A stretch of DNA of 64,000 bases, taken from positions 27,962,001-28,026,000 of the forward strand of contig CM022670.1 of the NCBI GenBank assembly GCA_012295275.1, written 5' to 3'. Of the stretch, positions 13,205-48,217 are shown piece by piece. The notes beneath the pieces are model-generated. The model saw only the letters and a program-made list of their open reading frames with translations, was not told the origin of the DNA and searched no databases. Position 1 is the first letter of the stretch. Every line of letters begins with the position of its first letter. Both the position numbers and the translations under genes were made by a program. This stretch comes from Chrysomallon squamiferum (lineage: Eukaryota; Animalia; Mollusca).

Positions 13205-14140
13205 CTACGTTATACTGCAGTCTGGACTATTCTATACTATTCTGCATTACGATACACTGCATTACTATACTATACTACAGTGCAGTGCACTGAACTATAC
13301 AATACTATACTGCACTATCATTAGCTACACTCTGTTACTACTCTACACTACACTGCACAACACTATACTATACTGTACTGTATTATACTATACTATACTA
13401 TACTGTACCGTACCATACCATACCATACCGTACTGTACTATACTGTACTATACCATACCATAACATACTGTACTGTACTGTACTGTCCTGTACTGCACAG
13501 AAATTACATACAACATACAACACTACACAACGTTTAATGCACATTACATCACAACAGTATATTACTCTATGCTACACTAAACGATGAATGAATACAAACT
13601 GAACACAATACAGTGGAATATAATATACAACATTGAGCAACCCAGTGCATGAGTCAATACAAAACATGACAATAAAATACAATAAAATTCAATAACGATC
13701 AATAAATCATAACCCAATACAACAGAGTGCAATACAATATACAACTCTATACAATACAATATACAACTCTATACAACACAATGAAACAGCGTACAATACA
13801 ATTCTATACAAAACAGTACACGTCTATACAGTATATCACTACAATACGATACAATGAAACAGCAACATTCAGTACAGAACAGTAAAACAACGAAACAGCG
13901 TACAATATTGTACATCTGTGTACAATGCAAAACAATACACGTCAAGACAATACAACACAACAAAACCAATACAGCACAATTCAATCAGTAAAAACCAGAC
14001 AAAACAACCGAATACAATATTAAAAGAACACAGTACAAAATAATACAATATTACTCAATACAAAATGAAATAAAACAATGCAACACAATGCAACATAAAC
14101 ATAACACAATACATAAATATACAACACAGTACAATTCAAT
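13205..14140. repeat. Degenerate pentanucleotide tract (TACTA/TACTG grading into TACAA)
   Basis: Direct inspection. Confidence 0.8.
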
Positions 14141-14823
14141 AAAACATGATATAAGAAAAAAGGAAAAAAAAATTCAGAAAATAAAAGAAGAAATATCGAC
14201 GACATTCAGGCTTCTTTAACACGGATGAAAACATTTAAACTCCTTGAGAACTTTTAAAACTTAAACTTCTTTATTTACTTATTTGGTTTGTTTGTTTGTT
14301 TGACCTCTTTGCTTTTCTTTGTTCTCGCGAGTGTGTGAAGACTGGGAAACACTCGGAGAAAACACTTGAATCTTTCACTGCCTCGTGGTTTGGTTTTCCT
14401 TTCACCGAACTGGACAGAGGAAACTGCAGACTCGCGTGTCAAGACTTTCTGGACAATTAATTTACTGTTAGAGATCAAAGCAAACAGAGAAAAACAAACA
14501 CACGACGTCAGCGACTGCTTCACACACGATGTAAGCAGATTTTTGTGGGGGAGGAATAACATTTATTGTTTTATGAGTTGTATGGTAATTAGAACGAGGA
14601 AGACATATAATATAAAACGATGCTGTAAATAATAACAATAAGAAGAAGACGAAGAAGAAGAAGAAGAAAAACGAAGAAGAAAAGGGGAAGAAAAACTTGA
14701 AAACCAACATCAATATCAATAATATTACAATAACGCTTACAGCAGCATAGATAAAAATATTAATCTGGAGTAGTTACTATAAACATACAGACACACACAC
14801 TAAATATACCAATATATATATAC

Positions 14824-14876
<53 letters not shown>

Positions 14877-15241
14877 TGTATATGAAAAATATAAAAATGA
14901 GATATTAAAAGAAATAATAATTCTTTAATAAGAAATAAAATTTAAAGAAATAGTCCGGTGTAGTTTTTACTTCTTCGATGTAAAGATACGTGAACCAATT
15001 GCCACTTTAACGTTTTACACGTTATCACTGTCAGAGCTCTTTCAGCAAGTGAAAAATAAATGCAAGATGATTAACGATCACAAACAGATACAGAAGAAGT
15101 AACAGCGATGCACGCTCGCAACATAATTCTTCTGTGTCGGAATCGTAAACTGTGATAAAATAACATTTATTACAGTCTGGGAAAAATCACATCAGTTCTT
15201 CAGAATGACAGAACGTAGTTTAAAATTTAAATGAGGGATAA

Positions 15242-15329
<88 letters not shown>

Positions 15330-15949
15330 AAATGGATTAGCTGAAAAAAGAAAAGAAAAAATACCGAGTAAAAAGTGATAATTATACTGGTTGCACTGAC
15401 ATTACTGACCTAGTTCTTCTGCTGCACTAAGATAAGCTGTTTCAGCATTAAACACATAAATAAATACAAATATGTTTATTAATGAGTGAGTGAGAGAAAG
15501 AATCAGAGAGGGAGGGAGAGACTGAGAAAAAGGGAGAGAGAAAAAAAGAGAAAGATTTAGCTCAACTATTTTAAAACAATTTAACGGAAAGAAAAGAAAA
15601 GAAAAATTCAAATGTGAAATTATACACGTACAGATTTTAAACTTCATTAATAACCACACTGTCCTCCTATTTCCCGATGATATTCTTTGAACCCGTGCGA
15701 ACATATCTTAAAGAATGTGTATTTATATGTGTATATGTAAATGTGTACTGCGCTTGTATATTGTGCATTATTTATTAAACAATAACAAATATGATGAATA
15801 TGATGTATCTAAACAAAACATAAACAGATAAATAAATAAATAAATATTTAATAAAAAATGTTGAATAATAATTAAAAAATATAAACAAATAAATAAATAA
15901 ATAAATGGAAAAGAAATGCAGTAAATAATAATAGTAATAGTAATAATAA

Positions 15950-15980
<31 letters not shown>

Positions 15981-16922
15981 AAGAAGAAAAAGAAGAAGAA
16001 AATAAAAAGTAAAAAAATAAAAAATAAGCTAAAAAGTCGTAAGGTACATTTCTTGCTTTACAATATTTGCTGCTAATAACGTCATGTTTTCTGCTTTTCT
16101 GAATATTTATGATGGCAACGGGATGTATTTAACAAAGAATAATGTATATATATATATATAGATGTGTGTGTGTGTGTGTGTGTGTGTGTGAGTGTGTGTG
16201 TTGTACTTAAAATGTGGCTCTGGTATTCTTTTATGATAGAAAATAAAATTTAAATGTATCAAGACTCAGTGACTATGATGCTATCCCCCATTACTAATAA
16301 GATTACTGACTAGTTTTTATAATTAATTAACGAAATTTATCACTAGTGAAATGTATAACAAAAGTATGAAAAATGTTCACATAAATAAACAAGAAAACAA
16401 GCAAACAAGCAAACACACAAACAAATAAATAAGCAAATAAACAAATAAATAAATAAATACTGTTACTTCTTCTGTAGGCAACAAGAACTAATAAAAAAAA
16501 CGTTTCTGCAGGAGTAACTTCTCTTGTTTCTCTCAACTGCCAGAAAGTTGATGGTGGTCTTCACCGGTTGTTTTAACAGTGAGTGGTTTCCAAACAGGTT
16601 CATAACGCTTTCAGAACATAAAATGTATTCATGGATTGTTTTACTTCTCTCTACTATTAACATTTATATAATTACATACACACACATACACACTATAGAC
16701 TTACTTTGTTAAAGCATGGCACTTCCATTAGTCGTAAATGTTTAGTCTATAATGTGAAGTGTGCTTGAAATCTAACAAAAAATAATTCTCCTGCATTTTC
16801 TTCTTCCAAAAAAAACTACTGTTTCGGCCATTCCTGTCAGTGTCAGCAATAATAATTGGTTTGGGAATAAAAAGTACAGTTAAATAAAGAATAAGATGAA
16901 GTAAGCAAAAACAAAAAATACA

Positions 16923-16990
<68 letters not shown>

Positions 16991-17188
16991 AAAAAAAAAG
17001 AAAAAAAAAAAAGAAAGTTTAAAAGAAAGAAAGAAAAAGTTCTAAGAATAAACCCGAAAGCAAATAATGTATCAACACTGTCGTTGGTTCAATATGTTAT
17101 AATACAAGCAGAGTTATTTCCCTTCTTTATTGGCGTAACTAAATTTACATCTATATTTGATTCGATTTACGATAAACGACACACACGC

Positions 17189-17250
<62 letters not shown>

Positions 17251-17639
17251 TAAATGAAAAATAGAAAAGGGTAAAAACAACTTTAAAAACAATTAAAATA
17301 TAATTAAAACAAAGTAAGTGGAAAGAGAGATGGACAGCAACTGAGACAAAAATAAAGAAAAAATAATTAAAACTCTCCGACAATCGTTAAATGATTTAAA
17401 AAAATAATAAATGCCATATGTCATGCGAGGCTGTCGTTACTTGGATCATTTGTTTTCTAGGCAACAGTCAAAGAGATATTTCTGGAAACTTGTTAATTGC
17501 AGCAAGATTTATAGATTACACAGATGAAGAGTTAATAGTACACGTATTTTAAATTTGTATTACAAGAAATAACAGCAGAATAACAATTGTTGACAAATAT
17601 CGTTTTTATTTTTATTTCTAGTTTTTTCATTTGTACTGG

Positions 17640-17689
<50 letters not shown>

Positions 17690-17749
17690 GCGTGCGTGGG
17701 TGATTTGTAATAGATTAAAAAAGGTGCAGGCATCTCAAAAGAGTGTGCA

Positions 17750-18985
17750 TTTATTCATTTATTTATTTTATATTATTTTATTTATTTATTTTATAAATTA
17801 TTATTATTTTATTTTATTTATTTTATTTTTATTTATTTTATTTTAAATTCATATATTATTTTGTTTTATTCATTTTATTTTACTTTATTTTATTTTATTA
17901 TACTTTACTTTAAAATTTATTTCATTTTATTTATTTATTATTCATTTATTTTATTTTATTTTATTTTATTTTTTTTATTTCAATTTAATTTTTTTATTTC
18001 ATTTTATTTTTATTTTTACTTTTTTATATTAAATTATTCTTAATTTAATTTTTATTTTATTTCATTTGATTTATTATTTATTTATTTATTTATTTTATTT
18101 TATATTCATTTTATTTTGTTTTATTTATTTTATTTTACTTTACTTTTTCATTTTATTATTTATTTATTATTTTATTACATTTACTTTACTTTATTTTATT
18201 TTTATTTATTTATTCCATTTTTTAATTTCATTTTATTATTATATTTTTATATTATATTATTCTTAATTTCATTTTTATTCTATTTTATTTGACTGTATTA
18301 TGTTTTTGTTATGTTTTATATTATTTTTATTTATTTTATTTTATTTTATTTTATTTTATTTTATTTTATTTTATTTATTTTATTTTATTTTATTTTATTT
18401 TATTTTATTTTATTTTAATTTTAATTTTTTTTAAATGTATTTGATTTACTTTACTTTACTTTTTTATTTTATTTATTTATTTATTTATTTTTATTTTATT
18501 TTACTTTGCTTTACTTTATTTTATTTTTATTTATTTATTTCATTTTATTTTTATGTTATTTTTATTTTTTATTTTATTTTATTTTTATTTTCATTTTTTT
18601 ATATTATATTATTTTTATTTTATTTTTATTTTATTTTTGTTTTGATTATATTAATTTTTTGTTATGTTTTATATTATTTTTATTTATTTTGTTTATTTTT
18701 ATTTATTTCATTTATTTCAATTTTGTTTTTAAATTTTTTTATTTCATTTGATTTTATTATTTGTTCTATTATTTTGTTTTGCTTTGTTTTGTTTTATTTT
18801 ATTTTATTTTATTTTTAATTTATTATTTTTTTTAAATTTATTATTTCATTTGATTTTATTATTTCTTTGTTGTTTTTTTTTTTTGCTTTGTTATATTTTA
18901 TTTGATTTATTTTTATTTTATTTTTATTTTTATTTATTTATTTATTTATTTTTTAATTTTTTTTTTTTTCATTTTATTTTATTTA
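17750..18985. repeat. ~1.2 kb degenerate (TTTTA)n low-complexity tract
   Basis: Almost purely A/T with strong T strand bias. Confidence 0.9.
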
Positions 18986-19603
18986 ATGTACAAACAAAAC
19001 TTGAAAACATAATATTTAATTGATTCGACTTTCCATTTCACACTGTAACAGTTGCTGACATCGCTGATACTGTTACGTCATTTCAGTCAGTGGAGTTAAT
19101 TATACGTAATTCAGAAAACCGCTACGAGCATTCGTCACTGTTAGATAATGTCATACAGCCAGTAACATCTATACACTTGTGTAGTAATGACGTCATGCTG
19201 TATTTAACATACGAAATGAATCACCTTTCTGTTATTAGCTTTCATACCTGTAAGTTAACATTAGCTTAGATATAAACTGTTAAATAACAAGATATAAAAA
19301 CACATATATATTATATATCATACATACACATACGTAATGCTAGCATTGATGTACTGAAAATATATAAACTAGTAAATACTCAGATATAAAAACACACGTT
19401 GACCTATCAGACAAACACATTTGTACATGCATACTTGAAACCTCGCCACATTTGAGATAAAATATTGTTTTCAAGGATTTCACGTCATCCCAAGAATTTT
19501 AACACTTGACAAAGGTCGCCACCAGAGACACGTTGTTTCCGGGAAATAGTGTCTGTGTTTTAAATAAGAAGATACAAATACAACTGTCTTTTCACAATAA
19601 TGT

Positions 19604-19782
<179 letters not shown>

Positions 19783-20261
19783 GGTGTGAGTGTTAGTATA
19801 ATTTATTGATATTTGAAAAAAACACCTAAAATTAAAAAAACCCACCAGCTTACACATAACTGCATATAAATGATTTTTGTTGTAACTATTATCATTTTAT
19901 TTGGCTTTGTTTTCGTAGTTTTATTTATTATTATTATTATTATTTTTTTTTTTAACTGTATAAAATTTTACAGCTATATATATTTATAATTTATCTCTCT
20001 CCCTCGCACACATAAACATAACCACATACGCACATATACAGATTTCTATGTTATCGATAAAACACATTGTTTGAAACGTGAATATTGATAAATTATTTAT
20101 GTAGCTGTTCTTTATTCACTAAAATTTGCTCTGTAACACACTTAATAGATACTGTGTATCATAACGTTTATTATTCACTGTGTAGAATACAATGTATATT
20201 AGTTATACAGCTTCTGTAGAATTTTAATTTATTTTCAGATGTTCTCTATCTCGCTTTTAAA

Positions 20262-20336
<75 letters not shown>

Positions 20337-20724
20337 AGCAATATCAGCTATCCTTACTCAGGCGCATGTAAAAGAATTCATCTTTCAAATAATTTTAATC
20401 CGTTCATTTTTTTAAATTGTTGTGTAGTACATGTCGAAATGTTGTTGTTAAAAGGTGAAGTTCTGTGCGCTCTGTTTAAACCTGTAACTACCGTACGTGA
20501 ACACGTAACGAGATTCTCAGTGATTTGAACTATGCGTGGGTCTAGGGCTCGTTCAGAACAATCTGAGTCACCAACACCTACTTTATCAAGTTTAACAAAG
20601 TATAACTGTCAGCTCCTCTTACGCAGTAACTGATAGCGTTTTGCTTCATATGTGTGTGTGTGTGTGTGTGGTATTTATTATTATTACATAAATATACAAT
20701 GAGGAATATGTATATATATATATC

Positions 20725-20758
<34 letters not shown>

Positions 20759-21355
20759 TGTATGTATAAATATAATATAACCACTGAAAAATATGGATTA
20801 AGTAAACAACGTCTTAAGAACCTCAGAGATCTTCCTAGAATTACAAAATTTGTTATTAATACGTCTGTAAATTGCAATAGCACTCCGGTGTACATAAATT
20901 ATATGTGTAACTGTATGCATTTATTCTGTATGTATCTCTATGTATGTTGCAAAAGCTATTTTTGTAAGCGTTCTTGTAAATAAGTATTATATTCTTTTTA
21001 ATGCATACCTTTTGCCAATTTGTTTCATTCACAGGTAATGGAAACTAAGCTCATCAGAGTATTTTATCTATATCTGCATGACACGACGATATCCAATTAC
21101 AAACAATAAAAGCTGCAGTCGTCGTATTATAATTATACTGACGACGAAATATGAGTCTGGTTAAAAACTGATTTGTAAACACGCTTTGGTGGGAAATATT
21201 CCTCTGAGACTTCACGGGCCAATAATTTTGTGAACCTACAGACTGAGATTTCTTAAATTTCATTTACTTATATCCACTGAGTGCACAAGTTTTTATTTAT
21301 TTATTTATTCATTCATTATTATTATTATTATTATTGTTGTTGTTGTTGTTATTAT

Positions 21356-21437
<82 letters not shown>

Positions 21438-24400
21438 CCCACAAACACATGCATACACACAATATATATTGATATGTACATATGGATGAACATGTAATTG
21501 TACATATTATTTTATTTTTTAAATTTATTTATTATTCAAATCCAAATACACTTAATACTTTAAACAAATATAACAACAATATGGAAGAATTAAGCTTCAA
21601 TGAGAAAACTTTGAAACATTGATTTAATCATTCGTGATCGTAATAATTTTTCAATAGAGAAAAGTGTATATTGATAGTGATACGAAGCAAATAATTATGT
21701 GCTATGTATGTGACACAGTTGTAATATTTTTGTTACAAATAAAAGTCCATTCATTTAAACTACAGTATGAACAAAATAAAGATATTGATTTAGGAAAGAA
21801 ATTCTTCAGTTATAATTTTCTTGTTTAAATTTACAAAGGGAAGAATCCAGCTTTATTATATGTTTTAAAATAAAATATATAATAATTTTTTTTTTTAAAT
21901 ACAATACTTGTAAATAAATATATATACACACACGCACACACACAAACACACACATACATATGCACATACAAACACAGATATATATAAATGTATAACAACT
22001 ATAATTAAGTTTTGATATGACCATCGTACGTCGTATTGTGAAGACGTTTTCACAGCCTCTGATGAGAAGATACATTTATTTTTGTTGTTAAATTCAAATC
22101 TGAAACACAAAACAGGATTTCGAAAACATTTATGTAAACTGTAAGAAACTGAATATTAAAAGATTTTCTATTAATCTCACTGATCGTTTCTAGTTAATTT
22201 TATTCCATTAATGACATAATGAAACAAATCCATACAGATAATGTATGCAATTAATTCCAGAGATTCAGGGATTATCTGTCACGAATGTAATAACATAGAA
22301 TCAATGTCAAAAATATTTCCTCGTTTATTCACTTGAGACAGATCATCCAATATTTTATTAATGTTATTGTTTCTTATTGAGTCCTTGAGGTGATCATTAT
22401 CATCATCATAATCATCATCATAATTACTACTATCACTATTACTATTACTACAACAAATACTACTCCCATTATTATTTTTATTATTATTTTTATTATTATT
22501 ATTATTATTATCATTGCTGCTAATGTTGGTTTTTGTCGTTAATACAACAGCTGTCGTTATTATCTTTTAATTCTTAATAATAAGAAAAATAAGAAAGGAA
22601 TGAAAATAGTTTGTAAACAAAGAAATAAAAAACAAGCAGACAGAAAAACAAATAAACAAACAACAAACAAACAAATAGCCAAATAAACAAATAAAAAAAA
22701 TAAATATAATTTTTTTTTTAATAATAATCAATAAATAAATAAATAAGAAGTATAAACTCTACACAGTTTAAGTATAAATTAATTATAATATTTACCACAT
22801 CAAGATAACCAGAGACTGTTACAATTCTGTGACAGTTATAACACAGTTTTAATGCAGTGTTCTAATTATTCAAGTCTGTTTCTACAGGAACAAATATTCC
22901 TATCGAAATTCTAAGCTTACGTCATATATGAACGTAGTTTACGTAAGAGGAATCAATGGACTTTATCACATCTATCAAACTGCTTGAACTGCTTGGTCAG
23001 CAAAGCTTGGTCTGACCTTTCACCCGAACTTTGAACTCTCTCTTGATTATTTATAGAAGTACTCATTAATAATTAATGAAATCATCATATATTATTATTA
23101 TTATGGATATGATGTACAGACCTATTTATTTAACGATGATTATGCCGGTATTTCACGACGGAAATTAAAATGAAAATATATGGATAATAATAATAATGAC
23201 AGACAAAAAAAAAAAAATAATAAATAAAAAAAATAATAATAATAATAATAATTACCTTTTTTTTTTAAAGATATTAAATAAATAAATAAATAAATAAAAT
23301 AAAATAAAATAAAATAAAATAAAATAAAATAAAATGTTATTAATAATAAAAACATAAAAAGAATGATTATTTTATTTTATTTTATTTTATTATTTTTTTT
23401 ATTTTTTTTTATTTTTTTGTTGTTGTTGTTGTTGTTTTTGTACTTTTGCTTCCAAGGTCATGTGTACAGTAGTAGTGAAAATGAAGCATATTTCATTACT
23501 GATTTGTAGAAGTGCACTTTAGAACACCGATTAAAAGCATCTTCTCTCTTCTGAGTGTTTTATTTTTATTTTTTCTTGCATAACAGGTCGAAAGAAATAA
23601 CAGGGCCCATTGAAAATAATTACATTTAAAACTAACAGAAAAACGTTAATTACAAACTTTGATTTATTAATTAAGCTGAAAATTATTCTTTGTATATATA
23701 TATATATATATATAGATAGATAGATAGATAGATATCGAAAAGTTATTCTTTTTTATTGATATTATTCTCTTCGTAGAATATACTAAAATAAACAAACAAC
23801 ATATAACTTTAAAATTATGTTTACAGAATAAATATTCATGCAGAGTAGATATTAAGTTAATCTTAGCAATTACAATAATTATTACAAAGACCATTAAATA
23901 ATTTATTAGTAATAATTAATTAATATATAATGAGTAGCATATTATTTAGTCCTATATAAAAAAATAATAATAATAAAAAAATTAAAAAAAACTAATTAAT
24001 AACATCATCAGCGTTTATATCCGACTTGTTCTTGTTATTATTGTTATTGTTACTGCTTGTTTAAACAATTTTAAACCATTTAACTCAGTTTTCTAATTTC
24101 CAATATCAAATTAAAAAATCCAAATTAAAAAAATCCAAAAGTGTGTATTTCTATCAAGAGAAAAAAATAGTTAATAAATTAAAAAAGATTTAGCGTTTTC
24201 TTTGGAATGATGGATCATAGCAGTCATAACTGAAAGATGACTTAGCGCATGAAATCAGAGGCAAGAGTCGATGTTTTCCATTGGTCGATTCGATGAGCTG
24301 AAAACAGAAGGACCAGTCACATCGTTCGACACATAGATCAACATTTCGGCAATTTTCGGCAATGTTTGGAATATACATTTCAAGTTTTATGACGGTGATG

Positions 24401-24792
24401 ACAGTTCTGGCATGATGGATCTTGTAAATGTCAATGAACTGGAACTTTAATTTGTGTGATGATCATTAAATGCCTTTTTAGTCCAGAAATAATGAAAATT
24501 TTCGGTGTTATCTTTGACGGCAACTGTAGCAGTAATTCTCAAACAAGCTGATTGATTCTAAACATAAAATATTAACTTGGACTTCAGAAAAGAAGGCAAT
24601 TCCCCTTTCATATCTATCTATCTATATTTTTATCCAGCCATCGATTCATCAGTCTATCTGTTTATCTATCAGTCTATCTGCTTATCTAAGTATCTATCTG
24701 TCTTTCTTCTAAGTATCTATCTATTTATATGTATATCTGTCTGTAAATATATATATAAACATACATATATAGACATAAATATATACACAGAA

Positions 24793-24907
24793 ATACCTAC
24801 ATATTTACATAAAATACAGACATACATTCATACCTACATATTTACATAAAATACAGACATACATTCATACCTACATATTTACATAAAATACAGACATACA
24901 TTCATAC
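24793..24907. repeat. 37-bp tandem repeat, 3 copies
   Basis: cctacatattt at 24796, 24833, 24870. Confidence 0.9.
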
Positions 24908-27346
24908 ATAAACACATATATACATAAACATAAAAACACAGATACACACACTATTGACACTGCCTAATACTAAGAAAAAAGGTATGTGCGCTATCTATTC
25001 TTGCTCTTAAGGAAACTTAATTTTGATTGAACCATGACATCTATATTTATATAGCACACCTTGAATTTCATCTTACTGGATGTGGCAATCAATTTCTATT
25101 AACGTACAAACAGGTCATCTATGTTTATAATCTGCCTAATGTATTATTTGTTTTTCGTCGCCATTTTCAGGTCATTCGGTTAATTTTTGTAACAGTAGAC
25201 TGTTAACACCATAATCATAATTATTTATTATTGAAAAAACGAGAAAGAAATGCACTGCGATTATCTATTTCTGTTCAGTGGTTGTGGCAATATGGCCGTG
25301 TTGATGAAAGAGATGTTAATGATTTTGGAAACCTCATGTAAAAAGAACAAAAAAATAAAAATATGTCAACGCTGACTGAATTGCTAAACAAAACAAATTA
25401 AAAATACGTTGATTCAGTGGTAAAATTATATATACATATTATTATTATTATTATATTTTATTATTATTATTATTATTATTAAAAAAAAAATATATATACA
25501 CAAAGTTCAGCCAAAAAGATAAGTAAAGTATTATGGAAAAGCAGAAGTTATAAAAATTATTTCTTTGTTATTTCTCGCATGTGTGTGTGTGTGTGTGTGT
25601 GTGGGTGTGTGTTTATTAACAAATCGTCAGAGGTTTAATTTTACCAATAGTAATTACAATAAAAAAAAATGACTCGGCAAGTTAGTGAAATATGACAATT
25701 TCATCTGTAAAAGTTTGTAAAATAAAACAATAATAAGAGGGGAAAAGAAGACGGCAACCTCCTTCGCGTGTTCACTGTAGATAAAGCAAAACACATTAAA
25801 AGAAAGTAACAACAGCAATAAATAAATAACGCGAGAACAATGCCTACATACATATTTTATAACCGTTTTTATTAAAATGATTTGAATTATTAATTCTTTA
25901 GCAACGGAAGAAGCAAGGATTATAACAAAGATAAACTAAAGGAACAAAAAACCAACAAAAAAACCACAACAACAATGATTATATGGAGTTACATTATATG
26001 GAGTATATTATTTTACTCTATTTCTATATTTTTAAAATAGCGGAGATATTTAGTTGATTAAGATTAATCTGTTATCTACAGTAACTAGTGTTGAATATTT
26101 ATTTAAGTTCTCATTAAATATGAGTGCATATAATTATGATATTTTTAATTATGCTTTATAAATAAACCGCATTTCCATTAGTAATAGTTATCATTATCAG
26201 CAACACTGTTATTAATTAACATATTTCTTTTTGTTGTTGTCGTTGTTATAATTATAATAATAATTATTATTATTAAATTATTTTGTTATCTTTATCATCA
26301 TCATAAGTATCATATTATTATTATTGTTATTGTTACTGTTTTTGTTATTACAGTTTTTAATGTTGCTGTTGTTGTTAATATTATTATTATTATTATTCTA
26401 ATACAGACGATTACTCTTATTCAGGCAGTTTTTATTATGTATTGTACGACTGACAGATACAACAACAGACAACGGACACGATTTGTGAGATTTGCATTTT
26501 AAACGTCTATTCAAACGTTCCAATAAGGAAAAAAATCACAGCCAAAACGCGCTGAAAAGAACTCCGCAACAATAGTAAAAATGTTGGGTTCTTACTTCTT
26601 TTTCGGAGGGGTGCCTGGGATTCCTTCCTGTAATTCGCTGTCTACCAGGCCTGGGTCATTTTAAATTTCACTTTAGGTAGTCTTAAAACGATTTATTCTA
26701 TGAAAGGATTATTGAGTTATTTTTTTTTTTTTTTTTTTTTTTTTAAGACGATTAAACCGTTTCTGATTCGTTAAACCGTTTCACTACTATTATTATTATT
26801 ATTATTACTACTATTATTATTACTATTATTATTATTATTATTATTACTACTATTAGTATTATTATGGTTATTGTTATTATTATTATTACTATTATTATTG
26901 TTGTTGTTATTATTATTATTATTATTTTTGTCATCATTATTGTTATTGTTATTATTTTAAATTACGCCTTTAATTACTTGTTTTAAGTATAAAATTGTTT
27001 GTATCGTTCACAGTTATTATTACTATTTTATACTTTTCTTCTGTATAATTAATCAGTAAATGAATAATAGAAATATCTGTATGACGTTCACATTGCTGTA
27101 TTCCACTGGACGTGAACGCTCATACTTTGAAATGTATTTGCGCTCCAGAAAGAAAACATTTTTTGTGGTTTATTTTGTGTAGTTACTGTCACGTTCTTTT
27201 TTTACAGTGTTATGTAATATAATTAACACTTAATTTAATATTATTAAAGAGGTTTTTAATTTTCAACTAAAGAAGTCATGGAATTTTATGAAATTCATTA
27301 ATATATCATTTAAAATATTTTAAGCCGATTTGTTCATTTGTTTTTC

Positions 27347-27407
<61 letters not shown>

Positions 27408-27689
27408 ACAGAAATTATTACTACCAAATCTTATTATTATTTTTAATAAACTCCGTCAGCATGCATAAATTATGTATGTTACAAACAGCCCTATTCATGT
27501 TTGAGTGGTGTTTTATTTACATAAAATATCATATCAGAAAAAAAATATATATTCATGTCTTGATTCACAAAACACACCCACCTTCACCTTTCCCGATTCA
27601 CCCAATATTACCAAAGGTATTTTCTAACTCAGTTATTATCGACGGTGTATTATAAATAGTTGTGTGTTGGTGTTCACTATCTACTAAAC

Positions 27690-28389
27690 TACGTTACAAA
27701 TGTCACGACGTGCAGACTCGCGACCTCGCTACACACCATTCACACGCGACACAGGACACGCGGAGAACGAAGGCTTATTGATCAAAACGAGACTAGTGCG
27801 GGTAACGTCGCACTCACAGCGAGTGTACGCATCACTAGGCTTTCAGATACACCCGACTACCAACTAATACTAGATGTTTGGAAGGAAAATTAAAATATCT
27901 AATATTAAATTAAACTGTTAATAATTTTATTATATTATATTTTATTTTATTTATTTATCTGGGTTTTTTAATTGAATCCATCGCGCTCAGATATGAGAAT
28001 GTTTTCGATTCTTTATTGAAAAGCGAATCAATAACGCTTGTTTTAAAAAATAACACTGCTAGTGAAAAACAATACCAGGTGTGTAACTAAGCAGCATAAA
28101 CAGTGATGTTGAAGAGGAACATAAAACTAAATAGAAATGTAAATTTACATGCAGGTGAAATGTACTGGCCGATGTGTAACATTATGTACAACATTCGTTC
28201 ACATATGCAGAGTCGGAGCGAAACGATCCCATAATCCAACTTTGTGCGCCTTTACTCATGCGCACAAGCTAACTCGTCGTGTCCTAGCCATAATATCTGG
28301 ATATACTAACTTTTTCCGGCTAACGTTTTCGCTGTAATTGTAAGGTTTGTGGCAGTGACAACAACACAGTGTTTTGGGATGCCCATTCC
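27690..28389 (+). promoter_or_regulatory. CpG-enriched putative promoter/5' UTR of the SAMD1-like gene
   Basis: Locally high CG dinucleotide density (e.g. 27700-27860, 28170-28330) against an AT-rich background, directly upstream of the ATG. TSS not determinable. Confidence 0.5.

Positions 28390-48217
<19,828 letters not shown>

Noticed and set aside
17631-19023. Multiple Phe/Ile/Leu/Tyr-rich ORFs that look like membrane proteins
   Set aside because: Products of the (TTTTA)n low-complexity tract.
28369-28389. GTG start given in the ORF track
   Set aside because: Eukaryotic gene. The ATG at 28390 directly precedes the conserved WH domain.
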